Origin: Bispira polyomma
Taxonomy: Eukaryota
DNA: 64,000 bases
NCBI GenBank assembly: GCA_965649765.1
Contig: OZ287749.1
Span: forward strand, 37,634,001 to 37,698,000
Reading direction: 5' to 3'
Every line of letters begins with the position of its first letter. Position 1 is the first letter of the stretch. Below, one piece after another: positions 13,201 through 24,639 of the stretch. The notes beneath the pieces were generated by a model, which was given only the letters and a program-made list of their open reading frames with translations, did no database searches and had not been told where the DNA came from. A program made the position numbers and the translations under genes.

Positions 13201-14100
13201 TTGCCACCATTTTATAGAAAACATAAAGGAGAAGTTTCATTCAAGATGCTGATAAAAGCTATAATAAATGAAGATATTTTTGCCGCTTTTGAAGTTGATA
13301 TAGAAATACTGAAAACATGGAATGAAATTAATGTAGATATATTAACACCCCACTTAAAAGCAAACTTGCATAAAATATCTCCCGAAGAATATTTCTCAAA
13401 AATGTCTCCAATTTTTTTCAAGAACTGATGTACCTTATGATGCTAATGGACAACATATGCAGGAATTCGTTACTAGATTTAATATATCAAAAAAACTGCT
13501 AAATTTACTGATTGGTGGAGTAAAAGCCAAACAAATCTTATTGGCTAGTCCCTTGCTAAAATGGTACTTAGAGCACGGATTGAAAATAACTCATATTTAC
13601 CAAATCATAAAATATGTGCCTAGTACATGTTTTTAAAATTTCACTCAAAAAATATGTGATGAACTTAGGAGTGGTGATGCCCTAACTGATAAAGCTTTAT
13701 TGGCTGAGGTTGCAAAATTAACTGGTAATTGTTTATATGGTTGTACAATTATGTCTAAACAAAAACATCTTAATATTAATTGATTAAAGATGAATTAGAG
13801 GAAAAAAAATAGTTAACTTACCTACATTTAAAAACCTAACCAAACTTAACGATTAAATGTTTGAAATTGAGAGATATAAGAGTAAAATTAAATTAGATAT
13901 TCCAATTCAAATTGGTTACTTTATTCTTCAATATGCTAAATTGAAATTATTAGTATTTAATTACGATTGTTTGGATTATTTCATTGATTGATTAGATTAT
14001 GAAATGATAGAAAGCGATACTGACAGTGCATATTATGCTTTAAGTAATGTAAACTTCGAAAAGAGTATCAAGAAATGTCTATTAACTGATTATAAAAAAG
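10259..14100 (+). pseudogene. Polinton protein-primed family B DNA polymerase, copy A (N-terminal ZnF, OTU-like region, exonuclease, VSR-like insert, polymerase)
   Basis: DNLCIFRALALH; ExoI FAVFDFEAM (~11693); ExoII VLGFNSGKY; FFPYEWFDS; ExoIII WYNNLDVKPF; VSR-like YYVDGYD..EYLGCYFHYH; KLTGNCLYG; IESDTDSAY (~14016). Many stops and frameshifts, one SINE insertion, truncated by a deletion at ~14100. Confidence 0.9.
10519..10775 (-). mobile_element. tRNA-derived SINE, family 1, copy 1
   Basis: A box tggcctagtgg, B box gagttcgaatcc and an (aaattc)n tail. TSD ttca(a/g)caaaggt at 10507-10518 and 10777-10788. Confidence 0.92.
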
Positions 14101-14250
14101 AGGAATGCGTGAACTTTTAATAGAGGCATTCAAAAACTCTACTGAAGAAAAATATAACTATCCTAATCGCCTCATTCCAATTGGAAGTATAAATTAAGAA
14201 GTCACATATTACCAAATGAAGATACTATAGTATATATATCATCGAAGTAA
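14101..14250 (+). pseudogene. Packaging ATPase C-terminal fragment joined to PolB by a deletion
   Basis: ELLIEAFKNSTEEKYNY...KLRSHILPNEDTIVY is homologous to 20040-20175. Confidence 0.75.
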
Positions 14251-14251
14251 A

Positions 14252-14570
14252 ATGTCGAGGAACCTAATTCAAATCGCAAAATATATAAAACAGCTGATAC
14301 AAAGTGATGAAAAAGTAGCCCATACTAAACTAAATAATGCAACCATTAAAAAAGTAAGGCCATTATAGAGGTGCTATACAATATACTTGAGTGAGGTCAT
14401 TTTATGAAATATAAAAGTAGAATAAATAGTAACAGATTTTTATCTAAAATTGTTACACAAGTATCCTTACAGAAAAGTAAGAAGTTTATAAAAGAAATAT
14501 AAAGTGCAAATAATAAGACTATCAAAATTTATTGGTGATGATCTATTACAATTTCTAAATGAATAAATTT
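14252..14570 (+). pseudogene. Small basic Polinton protein, homolog of 52675-52998
   Basis: MSRNLIQIAKYIKQLIQSDEK...AIIEVLYNILE resembles MSDVKKNKYILQILAQGDSK...CFVESAHNLLEG. Confidence 0.5.
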
Positions 14571-14934
14571 GTTCTTGTATCATATGACAGATATTTAGAA
14601 TTAATTAATTAATAATTCTAAAGTAAAAGATTCAAATATTCAGTTAATGAAACAGAGTGAACCTAAAAATGACTTATTAAATTTAAAAAGTGCTGAAATA
14701 AAATCTAACACTGAAATCAATGAACCCCCAAAATTATCAATACAAACCAGTTAAAGAAAAGATCAAGCAAGATCAAAATGATATCTAGCTAAATGAGAAC
14801 AATTTCTTAAATCAAATAGGTGATAATCAAATACCTCCCTCAGGGTTACCAAATAATACACGTACTAATAAAAGACTTTCTGTAGTAGAATATTAGACTC
14901 ATAATTGGATTACACAAATTAACCAAAAAAAACA

Positions 14935-15330
14935 TGGCAGAAAAAAAGGAAATAGGTAAAATTAAAAAGAAGATTATTTACAAGAACTATACTTTAACCC
15001 TGATCACCCAGCATCATACAGTGGCTTCAACAAGTTTTATCAATTTATTAAAAAACATAATAAACATAAGTTCACAATTAGGGAGATTAAAGAATGGCTA
15101 GGACAGCAAGATACTTATACTTTATATAGAACAATTAAAAGAAAATTTAAAAGGCCAATCACCATAGCTGTAAAAAAAAGATCAACAATGGAATTCAGAT
15201 ACATCCAACATGATCAAATATGGGAAACACAATAAAGGATTTAAACATTTTTGTTTTGTCATCGATACATTAACTAGATATTTATGGACATTTTTAATGA
15301 AGACAGTAACAGGATTAGAAATGAAAAATA
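14935..15330 (+). pseudogene. Polinton integrase N-terminal fragment
   Basis: YLQELYFNPDHPASYSG..IKEWLGQQDTYTLYR..QQWNSD..FVIDTLTRYLW. Confidence 0.85.
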
Positions 15331-15354
15331 TTAAAGTATAAAGTATAATACTTT

Positions 15355-18300
15355 AATGAATTTGAATCAATATGGAAATCATTTAAGTTATATACAAAAG
15401 ATGTGTCTTTATACTAATAAATATAAATGCTTACAATGTCAAAAACAACTTTTCAATTAAAGAGGCATGTATCTGTATGCTATAATAGAACAAAATATAA
15501 TTTCTTAAATTTTTCCTCCAAACTCAAACTATATTCGATAGATTGAAAAATCATGGAATAAAAACATCAACAACAAATTGTCTGTTTTTTGCAGTTTTTG
15601 ATTTTGAGGCTATGTTATGAAATTTTAATGATACTTTGCAAAATAAGAAGTTAAAATATCTTAAAATAGGAAAAAGGAGAATATGAAATCTTTTAAAGAT
15701 TATGTAATATGGTATAATAATCTTGACGTAAAACCATTTACAACTGATGTTAATAATATGCAAAAATATTACTTTAAACGAAATATTGATGTTTAAATTT
15801 TTTATATCTGTTCCAGGAGTTGTACGTACATTATTATTTGGATATTCAAAAAGTCAATTTGCATTATTTAATAATAACAATATGGATTTATAATATACAA
15901 TCAAAAAAGAGATTGTGGGTGGCCCATCTATTATATTTAGAAAATATCATGAAGTGGGTAAGACTTTCATATGGAACATGGAATAATCCATGTAAACCTG
16001 TAATGCAAATAGAAGGGAGAGATGCAAATGCATTATATATCTGGTCAATTGGACAACAAATGCCAACAGGATTATATGTGAGACCTAGATTAAAGAATAA
16101 ATTTAAAGATGAAACCCCTCTATTAAAAGCTAAAAGTGTTAACTTTTCATTTATCTAAAATTTAAAGCATATAATAATTGTTATCTTGTGTAAAACTAGC
16201 ACATTCCATTCCATATACTTACTACAACAAACTGCTAAATGAAATAAACTCCTGTTTAAAATGACTCATTCATATTAAACAATTTTAGTATGAATCAGGT
16301 TTTTTATTCTCTTAAAAATTATATCTTTATAATCTACTACCTTTTCTGAATCAAATAATGTACCTCAAAAATACTTTCCATTTTTGTTTAGGTAAAAAAA
16401 ATATGACAATACAAAATACTTACATTTAACATCACTGTGGGTTCAAAGTATCCTGAACACGGGTATACATGAAGAGCACAAAGCTTTATATCACAAAAGG
16501 CTGAGTGTAAACATATATGCTTATGCCTCTGTATAAACAAACTCTACCAGTGAAGGAATATGTGTTATGTTTTCTGTTACAGTCTTTATTACTGAGATAG
16601 TTAGAATTGTCAATAGATTTTTAATTTTAAATAAATACTTTTTTATAAATAAACACATAAAGAAGACATGAACGTTATGAAAAAAATGTATACAGTGTCC
16701 ACCAACAGATTTTCTTGCAGCACACTGATTTCTGTTGTTTATAAATCTATGTAATAACATATATTAGACTGATCTACATTATAATATCACTGGTCCACTC
16801 AAAATTTGTGTAAAATGCAGTAACTTTAATTTCATTAATTGTTACACAAACACAAGTTTATCAACCTATACATTGTGTTTTTTTCAATTTAGGTTTAACA
16901 ATTTTTTGCTGAACAAGAGGATGGTTTATTGTGAAATGTTCCCGCATAACAAACAGCAGTCTTTTTTCCAAATTGGGAACATGGGACATGGTGTGTTCTA
17001 GTTTATTGAATTCCCTATGTCTAGATTCTCCGCTTTGTTCCCCATGAAGAACCATACCATAATTGTATTTATGCATCCATTGAACAATGTGGTCTTAAAA
17101 AATGCATCTTGGGTATCACATGTTTTGGAATATGTTCTCTGTAAAATGATATGCATTTCTGAATGGCATCACTACTTTCTCAAGATTATTTTGAGTAACT
17201 CAATTCATATAACCATTTTCAATATTTCATTGTGTACAACAGGAAACAAATTATTCAGTTTATCAAATTTCATTGATATGCTCGCAACACTTTCGTTAAC
17301 CTTAATATTTCTAGACAGTTCACACACTTTTTCTTGCACATATGTCATCTTCTACACTTTGTTTAATGTATATGGAGCAGTGGTTGCCGACAAAGCTACG
17401 AGCGTGATAAGCCTGTTGTACAATATGGTGTCTCTTCAAAACTTGCTGTACTTCAGCAACTAATGTTTCACTAAATACACTCAGTGTGGGAATTGGTTTT
17501 TCCAGCTTATGCTCTGAATTCTTGATTCTGCAGTCCAACTCTGCAGCTTCCTTTTTGGTCAGTGTGAAATTTTCACTACTGCTGTCACCTTGTGTAGGAG
17601 AGATCTATCTAAGTTCGTTTTGAAGCTTCCGGTGGTTCCGTATATTTTGAATATAGACATGAAACACTGTATTGTCAAGCTTTCCCTTTGAGAGTTGTAT
17701 TTCAGTAGCAATTTCTAGATCTACTTCATGTAGATCTTTTTTAAGGAGATCATGCTGCTTTTTGACAACTCCAAGTAATATGTGCAGATAAAGTAGACAC
17801 ACATGGCTTATCTTTATATCCCATAATGGATCATGAATAACATTATGATACTGGAAGGCCAGCTTTGTTTGGCCTTTTCCCTTTTTGAGGAAATTATCAT
17901 GATCATTTTTAGGTGTAGAGAGTGCTCTCTTTGCAGAATGACCTCTATGTTTTAATGATATCTGCATACCATCAGTTTTGACTGAGCACCATAAACAAAA
18001 ATATGTCCCCCTTGCGCCCGACAATCTATACACAGTAGACAGAAATGCATAGTCTCCAAACAAAAACACCCGGATCTTCTTTTTCTTCCAACGTTCTTTC
18101 TGTAATTTCTGTATTTCTTATATATTTCCGTTAATTTTGTAAGATTTTCATGCAGATCTTTGGCTGGCATACAAGCATTAGCCATAGTATTTTATTTTGC
18201 ATTTGGCTTTTTTAAATTGCATGCTTTAAGACATAATTTGAATGATTTCCCATCATGATTACCACCAAGTTTACCCAGATTTCATTTTCAGGCATTCCTT

Positions 18301-19380
18301 TCTTCCAGATCAACATATTTGCCTTTTCATAGTACAACTCTTTTACAAAATCAGTCAAATCTTTTATGTACACGACAGGGACCGGCATTTCTCAGAAACC
18401 ATCTTTGCTGTTGCATGCTACGCCATCTCTTTCTTTGGCCTTGATCATCATGGTGGATAGGTGACAAATTTTCTTTCAGCTCCTAATGTTTTTTCACTCT
18501 CACACTTAACACTAAGAGTTTGAGACAAAAATATGTCTGCCTTTTTTTGTGAATTGTATGAATTACATACAAAACAGGTAAATCTTTTGTGTAATGACCA
18601 CATTTTATTCACAGTATTTGCCTTTTTTTTTTCCTAAAAGCCTTTCTTTGTTAAAATATATATATATTTATATGTTAAAGATGATCTAGAGGCTAAAAAA
18701 AATAGTTAATATACCAACATTCAAAAGCTTAACAAAGTTAAATGATGAGATGTTAAATAAAATTAGATATCCCAATATAGATTGGTTATTTCATCTTACA
18801 ATATGCAAAATTCAAATTACTATCTTTTTATTATGATTGTCTGGATTATTACATTAATTGTACAGACTTCGAAATGATAAAGACAGATACGGATAGAGCT
18901 TATTATGCTTTAGGTTATGAAACATTCGAAAAATCTGTAAAACACAACTTATTAGCAGATTATAAATCACAACTATATAATTCTTGCTGTGATGACTATA
19001 AGCCTACGTGGTTTCCTAAAGTATGTTGTCTCAAACACATCAAATATGATAAATGTACTAAAGGACTTTTTAACATTAAAAATCTATCAAAGAAAGTAAA
19101 TTGTCCTTAATTATGAGACAGTATGATGATCAAGATGAAATATCATGTAAAGGAATATTTAAATCATTTTTTTTAAATGCAATGGATATTTTTAATACAA
19201 ACCAAACAAAGTGAGCCCTCAATTAATATAGGTTTTCATTGCCAAAATAATTCTATGTTTACATATCTGCAAGAGAGGATTTTCCCAATATTACATAGAG
19301 TTTTTTCCTAATATTACATAAAGAGAGAAGTTCTAGATGATGGAATCAGAACTAAACCTTTCCAAATAACATTAGATCCT
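15355..19380 (+). pseudogene. Polinton pPolB, copy B (internally deleted, interrupted ~16120-18650)
   Basis: NHLSYI..KYKCLQC; FAVFDFEAM; WYNNLDVKPF; GRDANALY..MPTG; it resumes with IGYFILQYAK, EMIKTDTDRAYYAL and ends KREVLDDGIRTKP. Confidence 0.88.
16861..18620 (-). mobile_element. RAG1/Transib-Chapaev-related DDE transposase remnant
   Basis: WSLHKRFTCFVC (RAG1/Chapaev N-terminal W..H...C..C type); GGNHDGKSFK..KKPNAK; FLFGDYAFL..LSGARGTYFCLWC; YLHILLG; QAYHARSFVGNHC; HGEQSGESRHREFN. Confidence 0.75.
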
Positions 19381-19773
19381 TGGAAGGAAGATATTAATCT
19401 AATACAGAATTATTAAAATCCTTTATCTAATAGTTATAATTACCCACCTAATTTTGGTAAAAAATGTTTTGCTAATGTAATGGATTGTTATAATGTATGT
19501 AAAAATATGTTTTCTAGACAGTGAATGGAAATGGTTTGAATTGAGAGATATAATTATGAATGAACTACTATATAAAAAGTTGAATCAGTGCCCTCCTTTT
19601 AAAAACATCTCCTGTGTGAATCTAAAAGTAATTATATATGTTATAATGCGGATCAAGATTTATATTGGAATACAGGATTAGATAAATTTATTCTATAGGT
19701 AACAAATATTAAATCTGCACCAGGACAGAATCAAATGAGAATATTATTAATGAGATTAAGACAAAATTGTTAA
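19381..19773 (+). pseudogene. NADAR (YbiA/DUF1768)-like domain continuing the C-terminus of pPolB copy B
   Basis: In frame after TKPFQITLDPW, apart from one stop, comes PLSNSY..CFANVMDCY. After frameshifts: WFELRDIIMNELLYKKLNQCPPF/KHLLCESK..DQDLYWNTGLD..APGQNQMRILLMRLR. Confidence 0.7.
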
Positions 19774-19781
19774 AAAAAACA

Positions 19782-20180
19782 TGATTCTTTTTGAAGATCC
19801 CACAAGTATTTTATTCTGAGGTTGTAGTAATTCTGGTAAGACTTTTTTTCCTGCAGAACCTATTGAAATATAGGGAGAGTATATTTTTTAGACCACCTAA
19901 GAAATTTTTATATTGCCATCACTATCATATTAGTATTATAACTGTATTACAAAATATCATTTACAGTCATTATCTGATTCTATTTTAAAATCCACTTCAT
20001 GTATCTCAAATAAGCTATTTAGGCCAACAAATTAGAATGAAGAAGTTAGTAAAAGAAGCCTTTACAGATGCTACTGATGAAAAATATAACTACTTATTTA
20101 TAGACCTCTCTCCAGATTCTAGCTGTCAGTATAAATTAAGAAGTCACATATTGCCTAATTAGGATACAATGTTTACCTAA
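19782..20180 (+). pseudogene. Polinton A32/FtsK-like packaging ATPase (internally deleted)
   Basis: Walker A GCSNSGKT; HHYHISIITVLQN; LILF*NP; EAFTDATDEKYNYLFIDLSP..KLRSHILP. Confidence 0.82.
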
Positions 20181-20275
20181 CATTGAAAAAACAAAAAAGG
20201 AACAATAGCAAGTGCTTTGGAGTATTGGCAACTTCATTGGAAGAAATTAATATAAACATATACATTAAGAATGAA

Positions 20276-20577
20276 TGGAGAAAAAGAGTGATATTTATAC
20301 AATATTTATTATACCAAAAGTAACACCGCTTCATATAGTAGTTTGATTAAGTTTTATAAGATTAACCGAAAAGAACAAAGGTATTACTTAAGACTAAAGA
20401 AATAAGAGAATGGTTAGGTAAGCAAGACAAGTACATTTTACATCAATCAGTTAAACGAAAGTTTAAACGTCCTATTACGATTGCTGTTAAAAAAATCAAC
20501 AATGGAATTCAGATACTGTCAATATAGTGAAATATGAAAAGTATAACAAGGGTTATAAATACTTCTGTGTAATTATC
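20276..20577 (+). pseudogene. Polinton integrase N-terminal fragment
   Basis: IREWLGKQDKYILHQSVKRKFKRPITIAV..QQWNSD..NKGYKYFCVI, paralogous to 14935-15330 and joined by a deletion to the MCP. Confidence 0.8.
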
Positions 20578-22060
20578 GAATATCGTCCCACTAGTCAAAT
20601 TAATGATTACAGTGTTATCGAAATTAATATTCCGGGAGATGGTGCAGATTACATTAATTTAAAAAAAAGTCACTTAAGAGTAACTCTAAAGATTGTAAAA
20701 GGAGACGGTACAGCAATTCCAGAGGCTACATTAGTTGGACCCATTAATCTAACATTGCAATCAATATTTCGGCAGTTTGATCTATCACTTCAACAAATAA
20801 ATTTATCAGCCAGAGTTGACATAACTTATCCATTTAGAAGTATTATGGATGTCTGCTTACATAGTGGGTACAGTGAATTTGAATTGGGATATATAACGTC
20901 CACTCTAGTACCTGTTTTAGGTTATATTGGAACGGGTAGTTGGAAAGGCCAAAGGAAATACTGCATACAGTTGATCAAAGATTTGCACTGAAACCATCGG
21001 CCCACAGTAAGGAACTACCACCTTTCCCACATAGGGATCGTCGGGAGTCAAACTCACGCCGCCCAGAGGCTAGAGACCAGTTATTGTGAAGCGCAAGGCT
21101 TGCTAAACACTAGGCCACCGTGGCCCCTAGTGGGTACAGTAAAAAATTGACACTATTCAGAAGTGAACTATTTTTAAATCATTGGGCTGGATATCAAGAT
21201 GATGACACAGGAAATGCTGGTTTCAGTTAACGTAAAGATTGTTGTTGTTGAGTCAAGAGGTCGACTTATATGGTTCTTTAATGCTTGACTAAGCACAACA
21301 ACAAATACTTATTCTAAGCGGTGCCCAGATAAATTGTAAATTATACCCAACCTGAAATAGCTTTAGAATCGTGCCAGCAAGTGACGATGCTGGAAAATAG
21401 GAAATGTGAATTAACCAATGTCAGTATAGATCTACGTCAAGTAAGACTGAAACCAGAATTAGTAGTAGCACATACAAAGGCATTACAAACAGGTCCTGCC
21501 CTATATCCTTATTGGCGTAGTGAGTTTAAGACCTTTACAATTGCTAAAGGAAGTCAAAAGTGGAGTGATGATGGTACATTTATTGGGCCGGTTCCTAGTC
21601 AGTTTATAATTGGATTTGTTGCTAGTGAAGCATATAGTGGTAACTATCATCGAAATCCTTTCAAATTTGATCATTTTGAATTAAGTTTTTTAGAATTTTT
21701 GGTTGACAGAGTTTAAGTTCCAGCAAAACCATTTAAACTAGTCTACATCGTAGGAGGTAATAGTGCAAAATCTCTAATGGTTACTAGTAGTAAATATTCC
21801 GAGGCTTATAATAGTCTGTTTTTACATAAAAACCCATCGGAAATGACAAACTTAATTGAGTATGATGATTACCCTAATGGTTACTGTCTCGATGTATGTA
21901 ACATTGACAGCAATATAAATGGAGACTTGCATGGCAAGGTAAAAAAACGTCACACTAGAATAACAGTAGACTTTGCCAAAGAATCGAGTGAGAGCGTTAA
22001 TGCTATATTACATGCAAAATTTTCCTGCTATTTTAAGCATAGACGAATAATAAAAAATAT
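20578..22060 (+). pseudogene. Polinton double jelly-roll major capsid protein (PY)
   Basis: EYRPTSQ..IEINIPGDGADYINLKKSHLRV..GPINLTLQSIFRQ..YPFRS; AHTKALQTGPALYP..FKTFTI..GPVPSQFIIGFV..GNYHRNPFKFDHF; YPNGY. Homologous to 54680-55615. Confidence 0.88.
20875..21127 (-). mobile_element. tRNA-derived SINE, family 1, copy 2
   Basis: Same sequence family as 10519-10775, with a perfect 13-bp TSD tagtgggtacagt (20862-20874 and 21128-21140). Confidence 0.93.
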
Positions 22061-22445
22061 TGTGGGGGAGTGTTTGCAGCTAATGAACTACCATACAAAT
22101 TCTTGTATTTACCCAAGGCCATAATTCTTTATACCAAACCATATCCTCAAGAGCGGGAACATTGGATAGCTATCTTTCTAACTAAAGATAAGGCAGAATA
22201 TTTTGATTCTGCGGGAAATAAAGCTCAGACCAGTTTTGAAAGTTTCTTATTTGGACATCAAAAAGAATATCATAAAAATACATTCTCGTCTTCAAAGTGA
22301 TTTAAGTTTACTTTGTGGAGAATATTGTTCATATTTTTTATAAAACCAAACAAGGGGAAAGAGTTTTAAACATATTTTAGATAACTTTAATGATAACTAC
22401 AGACAAAATGACAAACAAATTGAAACATTTATGATAGAAATTTGA
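22055..22445 (+). pseudogene. Adenain-like cysteine (maturation) protease
   Basis: VFAANELP..EHWIAIF..AEYFDSAG..RLQSDLSLLCGEYC, containing the His, Asp, Gln and Cys catalytic motifs. Confidence 0.88.
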
Positions 22446-23025
22446 TATTTCATGGTATTGATATATTTAAAAATTATGCATTCGATTATCAAGGTCATCT
22501 TGTAAAGGTGCCGTCATAAATTTTTTTTATGGCATTAGGATATATTTAGCATATTATCTAATAAGATCTTAAGATAATTGCTGCGTAGTTGGTATATATT
22601 TAGCATATTATACAATAAGACCCTGAAATAATTGTTATTTTTAGAAATTACGAAATCATGTACAGTTGTAATAAGACCTTGAGATTTTAGTACTTTTTTG
22701 TCCGTGATTGATGTTTAAATAGAAAATTATATTGTGTAATAAATTAAGACCTTGAATAAAGATTTTATTGGAATGATGTCATAGTATAGTCCTGTAATGA
22801 TTATATTTAATATTTAGTTAATCTTATGTGATAGATTAAGACCTTGAATTGAGATTTTATTGGTATGATGTCATAATATGGTGTAATGTTTATTCCAAAT
22901 TTAGATGTGAGATTATAAAGTCTGCTGTAATGATTATATTTAGTTTAGCATTTAGTTAGTATAAAGAGAGACAAAAATTTCATAAAAAAAGCACACTGTT
23001 TGTTTGATAGAAGCTAGTTTGGATA

Positions 23026-23671
23026 ATGGCTTCTCTGCAGCAAGAAATTGGATTATACCAGATGTTGCCACTACATCACCTGATACTTTGGTCACAGTAA
23101 ATAGAAAAAAAAGACTAGGAGGAAAAACTTAAAAACTTGTACATGTGTGACAACCATGATACCATGTGTCTAGAACAGAAGGATTGCAATAACTTTTCTA
23201 ACATGTTAGATTCCTTTGGTATCTGCCCAACAATCCAAAGTGTGCACCCAGATAATTTAAGCATGGCAGGTTTCCACTACACAGGAATCGGAGACAGATG
23301 TGTCTGCTCTTGGTCCAGCCTCATTCTTCAGTTATGAAATTACTTTACTAAGCCATTGACACTTCATCATAGTATAAATCCTCATTGTAGTAATATCCAA
23401 ATGGTAATGAATTCTGGTGTGAAGGCTCATGACGGCAAAGATATGAGAATATATGACAACAGACTGGCAAGCTTTGGATCTTGGTCGGACAGAAATGGGT
23501 TAAAACCTGCACATTTGGCCAAAGCAGGTTTTGAATATACAGGTGTCGGAGATACAGTGAGATGCATCTGGTGTAAAGTTGTATTCCTGGGTATATTTTG
23601 ATGATCCTATTGCTGAACATGTTCGCTGTCAGCGAAGTGAATGCAGATTTTTGAAAATGATACGTCCCTGA
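23026..23671 (+). pseudogene. Inhibitor of apoptosis with two BIR domains, intronless
   Basis: BIR1 LSMAGFHYTGIGDRCVC..HHSINPHC; BIR2 RLASFGSW..LAKAGFEYTGVGDTVRCIWC..DDPIAEHVRCQRSECRF. TATA at ~22960 and AATAAA at ~23901. Confidence 0.88.
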
Positions 23672-24096
23672 GGAGTCCTCAAATTTTACAATAACTTTGT
23701 TTGCAGACGTTTATAAATGATAAAATTATTGTATAATTAGATGTGTGTATATAATGGGTATGTTTTAATGATAAATTATTGCATTAATAGGTGTGTGTAT
23801 AATGGTTCTGGTAAATATTTTGTATAGAATGATGTTATAAAATGAAAAGTATTTTAATTGTATTTTATGCTTTTGTATTATTATATCTTTCGATATTAAT
23901 AATAAATTTTTATCAAGATTATTAAATTTTATTTTTCGATACCACTACCCTCTTTCTTTGTATGATGTGGGGACTCCTGGGGGGGGCGCCCATTCACAGT
24001 GATTTTGCTAGAGTGATTCTGTGGTGCAGCCCTGCGCATGTGCAAAAGCTTTGCTCCATTATGGTTAAGATAAGGGTTGGTACACCATTTGGTGTT

Positions 24097-24201
24097 TCGG
24101 GTTAGGGTTGGGGTAAGGTTAGGGTTAAGGTCAGGGTTAAGGTTAAGGTCATGTGTATGGTTAGGGTTAAGATTAGGGTTAAGGTCAGGTTTAGGGTTAG
24201 G
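24097..24201 (+). repeat. Degenerate interstitial (TTAGGG)n-like array, probably internal to a small non-autonomous element (~23960-24250)
   Basis: ggttagggttggggtaaggttagggttaaggtcagggttaagg... flanked by gcgcatgtgc and gtgcatgcgc motifs. Confidence 0.7.
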
Positions 24202-24279
24202 ATTATCTGTGCATGCGCTGTTTGATGTGCCCGAATGTGCCACACTAAGGAGATTAAATCATTATATCTTATACTACTT

Positions 24280-24536
24280 GTATTGAACATTTTGAGTTTC
24301 AAGTTTTGTCTAAACATAATTGCCACTCCTCTGCTATGACTTGAATCAGAGCATGAATTAAACATAAGACCTTTCCAGTTAAATCTTAATATCAATTCTA
24401 TTCTATCTGTACAAAACGTTTCTTAAAGTAGTATAATGTCTGCTTTTAAATTTTCAAGTTAAAGGAAGAGTTTTTTAATTTTAGATTGTTATTCAGGCCT
24501 CTAATATTTAGGGTATGTAAGATAATGTAGTTTCAT
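24280..24536 (-). mobile_element. L1/Tx1-clade LINE ORF2 N-terminus (AP endonuclease)
   Basis: TLNIRGLNN..ADIILL*ETF..WKGLMFNS..SHSRGVAIMF. Confidence 0.85.
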
Positions 24537-24639
24537 TTGTATTTAGCCCCATAATGGTTCTAAGAGAATTCAACAATGACCAAAAATAGAATTACAACAG
24601 TAAACTTCACAATTTTCATGGTCTGATTCTGTATCTGTT

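Noticed and set aside
16433-16439. CACTGTG (RSS heptamer complement) near the RAG1-like transposase
   Set aside because: No nonamer at 12 or 23 bp spacing, and a 7-mer is expected by chance.
16200-16760. RAG2-like partner gene next to the RAG1-like ORF
   Set aside because: Some splice-like signals are present, but no kelch or PHD motifs could be identified.
20527-20991. 154-aa ORF as a novel protein
   Set aside because: A chimera of integrase, MCP and antisense SINE created by a deletion and an insertion.
23929-24286. NPNPNL / GLRLGL ORFs and a possible telomere
   Set aside because: These are translations of a short degenerate TTAGGG-like array. It is internal and impure, not a chromosome end.
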